A stretch of DNA of 63,986 bases, the filler included, from Kipferlia bialata (lineage: Eukaryota): NCBI GenBank assembly GCA_003568945.1. It is 3 parts of 3 records of this genome, joined end to end, with 100 filler letters (N's around TTAATTAATTAA, not from the genome) between each part and the next. Parts side by side here need not be neighbours in the genome. Positions count along the whole stretch, not along the records: positions 29,686 to 59,241 come from BDIP01000136.1; 2 more parts are not named here. One strand, given 5' to 3'. Below are positions 39,601 to 51,341 of this stretch, in pieces (the stretch's first letter is position 1; each line of letters begins with the position of its first letter). The notes below the pieces were generated by a model. The model saw only the letters and a program-made list of their open reading frames with translations, did no database searches and was not told where the DNA came from. The translations under genes and the position numbers were made by a program.

Positions 39601-40754
39601 ATGGACTTGGCAACCTACAGGGTTAGAATAGGAATATAGATAGGCATATGTAGAGAGATAGTAATATGGATTATGTTAGATATGTTAGTATGGTCTCTGT
39701 CTCCAGCATGTACTTGGCAACCTGTGGTTAGAAGATTATATATATACATATTTATATATGCTATACTGAAAAAGTAACCTGGTAGTATGGTTAATATATA
39801 CTAAACCTACATCACACACCTTCAAGCACTTTGAGAATAGGAGTGGCCGAGTAGTAGGAACCAGGTCGGTGCTGTACCTGAAGTGAGTATAGCTCTATCA
39901 AAGACAACACAGCGTTGTCCAAGAATTCTACTTGACACATGCATCAACGTACTGCCTGTATGCGTTGTATATGGCAAAGCATGCATTGGCTAATGCTGTG
40001 ACCCTGGCAGTGGCCTGAAGAGTGCCCTCCTGGGGCATCTCTAGGGCTGACATTAGTATATACATACAAAAGAGGCCAATATATACAGAAGTGTATTTAT
40101 ATAGTGGATATGATATCAGTAAGTGATGGTGGCCTGAAAAGTGCCCTCATGTGTAATGGCCAGGGCTGGGTGAGTACGTATTCACAGATATCCAGATCAT
40201 ACAAGTATACTGTATATAGGATACCTAATACCCCCTTGATGTGGTTGAGTGCACTCCATGCCTCCATCAGGGGAAGTATATATATTTCGATATACTTATA
40301 TATGTATGTTTATATATGAAGTATATATATTTCGATATACTTATATATGTATGTTTATATATGTATATATATATATGCACGTATATGATATACTGAGTGT
40401 ATATGTATACATACTATACATGTATATACCTAATACGCCCTTCATGTGGTTGAGTGCACTCCATGCCTCCATCAGGGGTGGGGACTCCTCGGCAAGGGAG
40501 TACGTGATCTGGGGTGAGAGAGGGAAGATGGTAACACTGACAGATGGCAGATACACACACACCCTCTCTCGCTTTCCCTATATCTCTATACATATATGTA
40601 TATACACATACCCTGTTGCATGCCCCCTCCATCAGCTGTGCCCAGGGCAGGGTGTTCTCTCTCACTCACTCACTCTCTCTCTCTATACATATATATATAC
40701 GTATACATACTCTGTTGCATGCCCCCTCCATCAGCTGTGCCCAGGGCAGGGTGT

Positions 40755-40800
<46 letters not shown>

Positions 40801-41435
40801 GTATACCCTGTTACATGCCCCCTCCATCAGCTGTGCCCAGGGCAGGGTGTTCTCTCTCTATCTCTCTATATATATAGACATATATACATATACATATGAC
40901 ACACCCTGTTACATGCCCCCTCCATCAGCTGTGCCCAGGGCAGGGTGTTCTCACACAGGGCAGATGGAACGCCAGCTCCTAACGTAAGTGACCTACCAAG
41001 ATACAGTGAATAATACATGGTATAGAGTATACCGGGCAGAGGGGACACCGGCGCCTAGGGTTAGTCAATGCATGTTCTCTACACCATATTCATAGAGTAT
41101 ATAGAGCATGTATACTATTCAAAGTATGTATATATAGAGTATGTGTATATATACTATTTAGAGTGAGTATCACACAGGGCACAGGGGACACCACTGGAAC
41201 AGAATACATAGGCGTGACATAGCAAGGCACACTTAGTGCTAGCACATGGTCATGTCTGAATGCATCCATATAGTATATGTAGTATAGTATAGAGTACATA
41301 GTAAATAGTATATATATGAACACCTAGTAGTGCCATAGTATATATATACATACCTAGCACCAGCACATGGTCTGTGAGTGCGTGTCTGAATGCATCCAGC
41401 TCAGGGGGCACTTGGACCTCAGTGGGAAGGGCATC
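33692..41435 (-). CDS. SIR2-like (SIR2_2/FAM118-type) protein with a large insertion and a C-terminal extension; 5' end not found
   Basis: Exons splice to HVLVLGAGVPSALCENTLPWAQL ... CTTVNYDRVVE ... VVHLHGV ... YRSY ... SLVFVGCNGTLEDPHFLSLF ... HYVL ... YIEYGREYGELGPFL. Phases checked from 36928 to the TAG at 33692-33694. Confidence 0.8.
34323..34945 (-). repeat. Stack of about six donor-side echoes (ERVPIPAG.DHK+GT) in the SIR2-like gene
   Basis: Repeated plus-strand cccagctggtatgggcaccctct units with (CT)n/(TA)n spacers; the most distal copy is the most diverged (GRVPIPTGTGPK). Confidence 0.9.
39245..39724 (-). repeat. Stack of six acceptor-side echoes (AG+VAKSMLEAA) upstream of exon ~39094-39167
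   Basis: Six copies of plus-strand atggacttggc(a/g)acct-type sequence, each with its own acceptor and a different upstream intron tail. Confidence 0.92.
40607..40853 (-). repeat. Three donor-side echoes (ENTLPWAQLMEGACNR) of the SIR2 GAG-motif exon
   Basis: Three copies of plus-strand catgccccctccatcagctgtgcccagggcagggtgttctc, each running into (CT)n. Confidence 0.92.
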
Positions 41436-41462
41436 CTTAGAAGTGAGAAGGGTGAGAGAGAT

Positions 41463-41495
<33 letters not shown>

Positions 41496-41841
41496 TCGGG
41501 GTCTCAGTGAAAAGGGCATCCTGGTATTAGGACAGTGAGATTATTGGCATTTAGAGGGGGGTAGAGGAGGAGTGGAGAAAGGGAGAGATAGAGACTAGAC
41601 AAGAATAACAATACACTTAGCACTGCAAAATAGAAGAGATAGAAGGGGGGGGGGGGGGGGGGGGGTCTGAAAAAGGGAGAAAAAAAAACAATCCCAGTGT
41701 ATATACTCAATCTTGTCATCATGATATACATCCAATACATTTGCCTGTCATATTTCTATACATATGTGCTCACCACAGAGACTACCTGCAGCGTGAATGT
41801 ATCCATCTATGTGGATGTATATGTATATATGCTCACCACAG

Positions 41842-42960
41842 AGACTACCTGCAGCGTGTGGTGTCTGGTCTGGTCAATGCATATGAGGAGAGACTCGCTG
41901 CACTGGCCCATGTCAACGAGGCCTCTATGACAGGTTGTGTACATGCACACACACATATATATATATATATGTATTATTACTATATATGAGTATGTATGAG
42001 TATTGGTCCATGTCAATGAGCCCTTAAAACAGGTTGTATATACACATACATAATTGAATATATATGAGCACTGGCCCATGTCAGTATATACATACACCTG
42101 AGTATTCATGTATATAATAGGTGAATGTGTCATTGATACAGTATTGTATGTGGATATAGTCAAGTGTATAGATAGTATATGTATATATCCATATATTCCT
42201 CTTCTTTCTCTCTGTATCAGAGGGTCTTCTGTGTTATCATGTATCTCCTCTCATTATCGTGTATGTCCACTGTCTCACTGAGCACATTAACTGTCAGAGT
42301 GTAAATCGTTCTTGTCTTATCTCTGAGATACACACCATCCCCATCTCTGCACTCTGTTTAATATGGATGCTATGTCCACCATCACCGTGCGTGAGTATAG
42401 CATATATGAATACAGGCATATATCCTTTCCACCCTCTTTGTCTCTATACCCCCTGTCCTGATTGTCAGGCATGCTCACCAATGCCCTCCGGGACATAACA
42501 GAGAGAGTAAACGTCTGCGAGGACGTGATTGAGGACATGCAAGAGAAGTGGGAGAGAATGGAGGAGAGAAATGCCCTCGACTTCCCCTCAGTCTATGCCT
42601 CGGGTGCACCATCTGGCCCAGCAGACGCAGCAGACAGAGAGAGAGCAGAGACTAGAGAACGGCAAATAGCCTCACTTGGCCGACCTTCCCTCCACAGGAC
42701 CCGCCCACATAGAGACGGAGATGACGATGTTTCAAATTTGGTGAGGGTCCCATCACTCACTCTACCAGTCGAGTATGTAAAGACAAGATGCCGTATTGTG
42801 TCGATGTGAACTGCTGGGACTGTAGCTATTGTTTGAAGCCTTACCCCAGGTGAACCGTGTATCCTCTCTGGAGCGCATCATTGGCAATGCGATGGGGCAC
42901 ACACCGCTAGAGCCAGACACAGATGATGTCCAGAGTCTAAATGGTCCCTTTGGCGTGTAG
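41842..42960 (+). CDS. Hypothetical coiled-coil protein, 3' exons
   Basis: Exons DYLQRVVSGLVNAYEERLAALAHV, MLTNALRDITERVNVCEDVIEDMQEKW and VNRVSSLERIIG; TAG at 42958-42960; echoes in its introns. Confidence 0.6.
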
Positions 42961-43604
42961 TGGGGATTATGAGTGTCTATCGTAACGCCAATACAGTCTT
43001 TGTTACCCCCTGTGTCAATTTGTGTCTCTGTTTCTTATGTGGCTGTGTTGGGAAAGCGAGTAAATGCATAACCATTTGTTTAGAGTAGTATGTTATGTCA
43101 TTATCCATTGGAATGCAAATCCCACACATATCCCAGCACATTCTGTGGCACAGACTGTGCTCATCCAAGAGATAGTGGGGAAACAAGTACATTGGACTTC
43201 TGACTCCGATACCAACACCCGGGGTGAGACAAATCCTCTCCAAATGACACCTACAGTAGTTGACCTTCCGTAAATACCTTCCTAGAAGGTACTCAGGCCA
43301 TCCGTATGTCACATCAACCAGGTATCCTCCGAGGATTGTTGATAATTCTGAGGTTACAGCAACGTCCTTTCAAACCGATATACCTGGTGAATAACCAGCA
43401 TGCCGGACGACATCAATTGAGCTGATGTATGTTACATACTATGTATGGTCCGGACCTGCCAGTTGTGGTTTACCTCGCAAGAGAACCTCTATGCCCCCCC
43501 CCAGCTCACCACTACCTTTCTTTCTCTCCCACTCCCTTGTCACACATGTTAACTTAGTAGTATTCCAATCGCGAACTCACTAAATATACCCTATTTTATG
43601 AGAA

Positions 43605-43797
43605 TTACTCGGGGGTTTTAGGCTGCGTAGGAGAGCACTCCTTGCAGAGGTCCTTGTCCATGTCCATGTCCATGTTGGAGAAGTCAGGCTCAGGGCGCAT
43701 CACGTCAGTCTCGGGGTCCACGCCAACCGAGGGGAAGACCTCGCAGATGGGCCTGTACTCACCGTCAAGCATCAGTCCTGGCAAGAGCACCCATGCG
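43605..43797 (-). CDS. Probable terminal exon of a hypothetical gene
   Basis: Acceptor cttacctccag followed by a GC-rich open frame (AWVLLPGLMLDGEYRP...KTPE*); upstream exons unresolved. Confidence 0.35.
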
Positions 43798-45386
43798 CTG
43801 GAGGTAAGTGCCAAAGAACCACAATGAGTTATTGTGGTGCTGAGTGGTTATTGAATGATTACTCAGCAGAAGCTCATAAACCATATACATACCTCTCTCA
43901 TCTCAGGCTTCATGTCTTATAAGGCAATCATCTCTCTTATGCACTGTGTATGGGACACAGTCCATGACCATGGACTTCATGGTCAAGCTGAGGGCCAAGG
44001 AGAGAAACCACCGGAGTGTACAGAAGAAGACATCTCCTTCATATAGAGGCCTGTGATAAGCAGGTCTCATGATACTGTGACACTAGCGGAGCTGCCGCTC
44101 ATTCGAGCGGCAACAAAATGGATAAACAGTACAGGAAGAAAGGTGAAGGAGGAACAGAAAGAACAGAACAACAATAGAACAACTGTAATGTATATTACAG
44201 CGCTATATGGTTGCCAGCGACACCGGCAACTGAATCAAACAACTGAAGAGAAATATAGGTGAAGTATTGGCAGAGAGATCACAGTGTGATCATCACACCA
44301 ACGAATCTATACCCACAGTAAGGGTTGACGTGAGAGCAGCAACAATTCCCTCCCAATCCTTGAATACACCCTATATGTGACTTCGGTGTGACTCTGGTGA
44401 ATATCTGTGCACTATCGTGGCTATTACTCCCTTGCGTTCTCGTCTGATGCTCTGTGCGCAACTGCTTCATCGCACTCAGTGCCACACCGCTGCATCCGCA
44501 CTACAACCTCTGTGGGTCTCTTGATTATGGCGCTTGCATCAGAGTGCAGTCAATACACTCAATCAAAGTATTGGATAAATACTCTTTATAGTATTCATCC
44601 AAATATCGCTATATTTATTAAATACTGTGTCTACTACAATGACTGGCTTTGTCCCCCGGGGTCTGGGGCATCGGATGTTCGCATGTTTAGGTTACTGTAC
44701 ACCTAGGTCCCAGGTTAGGTACCTCTGAGAAATGGTTCATATGCATGTTCGTTTGCACAATATTCGTCCCGTTACTAATGATAGGGATAGGAAATGGTAG
44801 GGATAACCAACATCCTAAGGGTTCAGACATTACTGTTACATATATATATGATGAAAATCCAAGATGGAGATTGAGGGTCAAGGATACGGAGTAGTAACAC
44901 CGAGCACTCCACTGCAGTGAGGGAAGTGGACCACGTTGTGCCCAAGTAAGGGGCAGACGCTGATATATGCACCGTTAAGATAACGATCAGGATATCTGAG
45001 TATCAAATAGCCAAGACGGCCGTCCCTCAGTAAATTACTATATATATATCAATAGTAGGCTTGGAAGTAGCACACATACTCACACAGTTATATATACATA
45101 CACTATGCACGGCCTTGTTGCAATGTACCGTCGGCTAGGCTCCGAGGGGAACGGGTACATACAGTATGTTATACGGTGTCTCTCTGAATGAATATGGGTG
45201 AGGAACATGTCAGACCCATAAGTGGGGTTATATATACGAGGAAGATAGAGAGAGATGGTAAACATAGACGGGGTATACCGCGTGAGGATGTAGCTCCATA
45301 TACATGTATATACATATATACATACTATCAGAGAGATAAACAAGCTCCAGACTAACACCAACACCCATAGCAACAACTCACTCTAT

Positions 45387-46159
45387 TCACTCATCAGACT
45401 GATGAGTCATCAGTAGATTACAGAGATGGTGTAGAGGCACTTCCCCCATCCGCTTGCAAGCCTCAACAAGAGCCTCAGATAGGGGGACGCATCCCTCTAG
45501 GATGACGGTGTTCTCCTTAAGAGTGGTGTGGATGGTCTCGAGATGAGTATGTAATACAAATGAAACACATACAAAGAATTATTCACAGATCACAATAGCG
45601 TGCAATAGAGGATTTGTGTAACGAAACAGGAGGAGAAACGACTTGAGCACGTGATATGAGTGGGAGGAAGGGGGGGGGGGGGGATATGAATTGGGTATAT
45701 ATGACATACACATACACTTGTTTTGTGTACCTGGAAGCTTGTGTTGAGTTCTGTCATTGTGGTCTTTAGCGAAGCAGAGGCCTCAACTACCAAGGCACAC
45801 GCACGACGAGCATCTGCTTCGACATCCTGCCATAAACACAGTCACATATATTATATCATATATATATCATATATATATCATATATGATATATGATATATA
45901 TATATATGTACTTCGGTGATTGTTGCATAATCCTCACCAGCATTTCCTGCCTTAGAGCATCCTCAGCCTCAGTTGTGTAGAAGGCGTCCTCAAGGAGACT
46001 CAACTGAATCAGATTCACTGGCATGACCATATAATAGAAATGCGATATAGTATACACAAACCAAACATGCATTGAGAGAAGTGAGTACTACTGAGTAACT
46101 AACCCTTGCGGGAGACAACACACCGGGTCATATCCGAACATATCTGCGTCGAAGGTCAT
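45387..46159 (-). CDS. Small four-exon helical protein, possible Mis12/Mtw1 kinetochore homologue
   Basis: Exons 46159-46124, 46003-45938, 45826-45731 and 45536-45387, all phase 0, give MTFDADMFGYDPLSLLEDAFYTTEAE... (115 aa). Confidence 0.5.
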
Positions 46160-46425
46160 TAAGTGTGCAGTAATAGAGTCAGTGCTGATTCAGAGATACG
46201 ATATATTGGAGTGAACCCTTTTTGCCCTGAGTGCAAAGAGCCCCAGTGGGGCTGCCCCACCCTAGTCGAGCCTGATCCAACAGATAATATACGTCTAGTG
46301 CTCCCTCTCAGCTAGTGAGAAGAGAATTCTTAGAGAGTCTGGTGTGGCAGGGTACCTAGTACGGTACTACCAGCTACACCCTCCCAGTTTTGATGGTATC
46401 TCATCTGCCCTCCTCTCCTCTGATA

Positions 46426-46464
<39 letters not shown>

Positions 46465-46826
46465 ACCCTAAATACCTAGTGAGGGTCAGATATCTCCTCT
46501 GCCCTTCTGGCCTCTGATGCCAACTGGTCTGTGGTCATGGACTTCATGGCACCAGTCTGTAGGGGTCTTCGGGTTTATAACCCCCGCACTCTCTCTCTAT
46601 ACCCTAACTGTCAGGAAGCATTTGGGGATCAGATCCCCGACATCGTTCTCAACGACTGAGCCTGAGACTCAGACACCCCAAACACAATACGGCGCTCAGT
46701 AACAGGGCGCACTATTCCAGTAAAGTCCATTCGACCTGTATATTCAATGGAAATGATGTCAGTTGTTAGTTATGTCAGTCAGTATCATACTGACTCAGTA
46801 TGTCAGTAACGTCAAGTGTTACTGAG

Positions 46827-47157
46827 TCAGTAACACTTGTCGCCGCTGTACTGGGACCTGGCTCTCTTCAGGCCCTGGTCGAACACAGCGAACTCGACCA
46901 CACTGCGCCTCTCCACCTCCGCCTTGGTGGACTCAGGCAGAGCACAGAACTCCTCCTCGTGGGTAATGACCCAGTACAGGTGTGGGAATCTGGAATATCA
47001 GTGCTAAGCCACAACGACACATACAACGCAAAACAGCAACAAATACACACTCAGTGAGTGGCACTCACCTTCTGATCGCCGCTTCCTCATTCCATACCCA
47101 ATCAGGGACACTAGGGATGGCAGTCACAACACCCATTCTCTCGCTCTCACAAAACAT
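46827..47157 (-). CDS. Small hypothetical protein, paralogue A of a divergent pair
   Basis: Exon 1 MFCESERMGVVTAIPSVPDWVWNEEAAIRR, phase-2 intron, exon 2 FPHLYWVITHEEEFCALPESTKAEV...KCY*. Confidence 0.65.
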
Positions 47158-47176
47158 TGCTCACAGCCTCCGTATG

Positions 47177-47228
47177 GGAATCGGAATAACGGAAATTCCG
47201 ATTCGGACTTCGGAATATCGGAGTTTCC
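47177..47228. promoter_or_regulatory. Putative bidirectional promoter with clustered CGGA(A) motifs and a 10-bp inverted repeat
   Basis: GAATCGGAAT (47178-47187) and ATTCCGATTC (47195-47204) are perfect inverted repeats. Six CGGA/TCCG motifs lie in the 110 nt between the two ATGs. Confidence 0.5.
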
Positions 47229-47267
47229 TACTCTCATTCCTCAGCAACGCCTTTCAAACCGATTCAT

Positions 47268-47899
47268 ATGGGCCACACAAGGAGAGACAGACGCATTGCT
47301 GCAAGGTATACCACCCTTTCCCATCTTACGGGCAAGACTGAGGTGGTGACCAAGAACTGGGTGAAGTCGATGGCAGAGGCAAGAGAGAGGTGAGACATTG
47401 TGTAATCTATTCTTATACTTCTACGACCTGCAGCACTCCTACTCTATTGCAAATGGCCCCAGACCCCTCCATATCCCAGCAAGTACCGAATACACTATTT
47501 ACATTCCTAACACAATGAATAGGAAGAGTATGGCAGGCAACTGGTACTCTTAGATATTATGTTACTCTTGGTGTCCTAATATCAGGTTCCCCTGGATCTG
47601 TTGGGTGGCCACTCACGTCAAGGAGTTTGAAGCGTTACCTAAAGAGGAGCGGGCGAAGATAAATGAGCTGTTGGACAAGGAGGACGCTGACTTTGAGAGA
47701 ATGAAGGAGGACAAGGAAAGGTATCCCCTGTCACACACTCTCTATCTCCCCTCCAGTTGTGGAGTGTCTGTGTCACCTGTACTATGTCTTCAAACTGCCA
47801 GTGCTTCATACTGTGTTTACTGTGCTGTAAGTACTCTAATAATATTTCATATTAGTGAACGTTCTACTTAGGTATCATATCCGTTACACTCATCTCTGA
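47268..47899 (+). CDS. Small hypothetical protein, paralogue B of a divergent pair (3' end tentative)
   Basis: Exon 47268-47389 ends ...KNWVKSMAEARER, phase-2 intron, exon 47586-47720 FPWICWVATHVKEFEALPKEERAKI...; probable last exon 47872-47899. Confidence 0.6.
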
Positions 47900-48343
47900 T
47901 TTGTAGCCATATGCGTAAGGTATAGTCAGTAGTACCCTCACCGTCACCATCACTCATACTCTCCTCTATATGGGGACAGCCTCCCCAGTGGGGAGTCCCC
48001 ACCCCTATTATTTCACGGCTCATTATCAGGTACATGAAATACCGTCGTGGCGCCAAGTGATATAGGATGTGGAGGAGTAGAGTCTCATGTGCACACCAGG
48101 ACACATTGTGTATCAGGGACTCTATTCTACATATGTCATGCAATATGTCTTAGGCCCAGGCTGGGTCGAGATTGTGTGGATGCAGTGAAAGTGTTCATAC
48201 AGACCTGTATTATAGAAACATTGCAATACAACAATCATATTAGATGTGGATGGGATGTTTACTACCACTGACTATGCATCATGACTATCAGGGTTCAGCA
48301 CAATGAGTTGCATCCTCTAATATGAAACAACCGAACACTCTCT

Positions 48344-51296
48344 CTACTCCCCATGTGTCTCATAGCCATTCCATCCCATCACTTGGCATGGTTTGAACCT
48401 GAAGTCAGAGAGACAGGAGTGATCAGAGGGAGAGGGCAGAGTGGAAACAGCCCACCACTTAGCCTTGTAATTAGAGGGATAGAGAAGAAGCAGCCAGTAT
48501 CACCTGGCCTTGTATGTCATCTTGGGACTGGGGTTGTAGTACCCGAGGTAGTGCAGAGGCAGGGCCCGGTGCATGCAGACTGGGGTCAGAGGGTGCACAC
48601 AGAGAGTAGAGTGACACAGGGTGAATCCAAGACTGATACTAACTTAGGACCCCTCAGCCAAGCCACATCTACCAGAGCCTGTTTGTCTCACCTGCTACCT
48701 CAGCCAGGAGCAGCCACGTGCCGAGGCCCCTCTTGGCGTGAGAGACATCCCAGGCAGCATATACAGAGGAGAGTGCGTCTGTAGAGTGAGAGACCTGTAT
48801 ACACACTAATATATAACAATATATAACCAATATACACACTATGATAATACATGTATCCAATAACAACATATATATATAGAAATAGAATGTAAAACATAAC
48901 TAACACTAATGTATACACATCGACACACCCATCTTAGAGATGCAGAGTAACACTACCACTCACCTGGGAAAGCATCGCAGAGAGTGAATGCCAGCACTGA
49001 CTCTGGGCAGAGGTCTAGACACTGAGTGACAGCAGTGGCCCCTCCCTCCCCTGTCCCTCCCTTGCCCCATGCCACCAGCATATCGGGAACATGGGGCCGA
49101 GGGGAGGGCACATAGGAGTGGTCGGGGGTGGGGGTACCAGAGAGAGCAGGGGTAGACGCCTGGGATACAGAGGCACTCATCACACTGCTGCTCCCCCTCT
49201 CCCTCTCCCTCTCTCCTTCCAACGCGGTGTCTACCAGGCCCATAGTCTGCAGGGCCTGACGCTCAACAGCCATCACTATCAGGGTCTCCTGGCCTGACAA
49301 TAAGCAACGCGAGAGAGGAAGAGATGTGTTATGTGTAGGAGACACTCACCAGAGGTCACCAGCATGTTGGAGAATGACTCTGTGGCCTTGTCTGCCTCAA
49401 TGACCTTGTCGTGCTGGGGGTCAATCAGAGTGAGGGCTATATTCATATGGTTCAGCATTGAGAACAACAGAGAGAATACAGTAAACTACGCTTCACAGAA
49501 CCGACAAGCAGCTCCGTATTCAGAGAGACTGCCATACACATAACGGGTTGCATACCTGCCTGACACATATATACACATATATATACATATATACCTGCCC
49601 ACATATATACACATACATATATACATACATATATGTATATATATATACACACATATATATACCTGCCCCCTCTCCCAGTCTGTCCAAAGGGCTGTGAGTC
49701 TCCTCCCAAGTGGAGTGTCTGGGGTCAGATCAGTGGATGCGTGAGAACATCTCATGTACATGCACAAAAGGAAAGTAGGGAGGTGGGTTAAGACATTGAA
49801 TACGTACTATTTGACTAGCGTGAAGCAAGTACCATGTCTTATCAACTTGACACCCTTAGTGCCATCACAGGCAACACACCCACCTAGAACGGTATCCTGC
49901 GCATCTCTTATGAGACTAATGTCCATGCATACTGCAACTAGGTCCTTGTTTCTATTGAAACAGCGCCTCTGGTTGCGGTCTGTCGGTGGGCAAGATATAT
50001 GCTATAACAAGAAAAAATAATATGTAAATACAGATGTGACTCAGACGCAAATGTAGGCGCTCTCTCAGGAGCTATTCAAATATACCTGGCTTGTACTAGT
50101 CAATACATAGATTGTGAGCATTGATGCGACTGACGTATATATAACTGTCTGCATATACCTGGCTTGTAGTTGTCAATACATATACTATATTGAGCATTGA
50201 TATATGTAACTGTCTGCATATACCTGGCTTGTACTTGTCGACCTCCAGCCTGATGGGTCTGCACTCCACACAGTGGGGGCAGACAGGTCTGGGGGGAGAT
50301 CCATAGTATATATATATATACATATATATATCCATATTCATATTGGTCATATACTACCTGATATGTGGGGGCAGACAGGTCTGGGGGGAGGGGGCATATC
50401 CATGCAGTGTATATGCCTTATAGGATATATATGCTGATACATCTACTACCTGATATGTGGGGACAGACAGGTCTGGGGGGAGGGGGCATATATATGCAGT
50501 GTATATGCCCTATAGGATATTTATATATAAATGTATATATATGTATGTTGACACATCTACTACCTGGTATGTGGGGGCAGACAGGTCTGGGGGGAGGGGG
50601 CATATATAAGCAGTGTATATGCCCTATAGGATATATATGCTGATACATCTACTACCTGATATGTGGGGGCAGACATATCTGGGGGCATTGGTATCCATAT
50701 ATATATATGTGTGTGTTAATGTGTGAGTGTGTATACATGTACAGTCAAGTGCCAAGGCACTGTATGACACAGTGAGTCTCACCTGTAGTAGAGGTCGTGA
50801 CACCGTCGCCAACAGTGGTCTAACAGAACACGGTACTCCTGACGATAAGGACTAAAAATATGAGGATAAATAAAATGTATATACGAAGTATTGACTATTC
50901 CATATACAGGAGAGACACAACATACACAGAAAGAGACCGTCACTCTATCTTGAAACACGTATACGCATGTACCACTATATACAAATATGCATATACCTGG
51001 ACACTCAGCACTGGCTTGATGATGTAGACGTTCCTGCTCCTCTGGGGTAAGGTATATTAGATATGATAATAAGATATGATATAGTAAGGTATGATGATAT
51101 CGCCTGACAGAAGAAACACACTGTAAACAGCATCATAACCCCTCATAATGGGTACACATTGCAGAAGGGAAGTATGCCCGTGTACTAAATGATACTAGTT
51201 GTACAATGAGCCAATACAGTGTGTTCACAGTCAGTCCTGTACCTGGGAGGGTAGGTAGCTGCACTGGTGGGGGTCCTCTTCAGTGGCATCCTACAC

Positions 51297-51341
<45 letters not shown>

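Noticed and set aside
42977..43420. Possible small minus-strand gene
   Set aside because: I could not build a phase-consistent model or recognise a motif.
43890..43940. In-frame TAA in a putative exon, hinting at the TAR=Gln code of hexamitid diplomonads
   Set aside because: RPA1 and RhoGAP end with TAG right after their conserved C-terminal motifs, other genes also end in TAG or TAA, and I saw no internal TAR in conserved exons.
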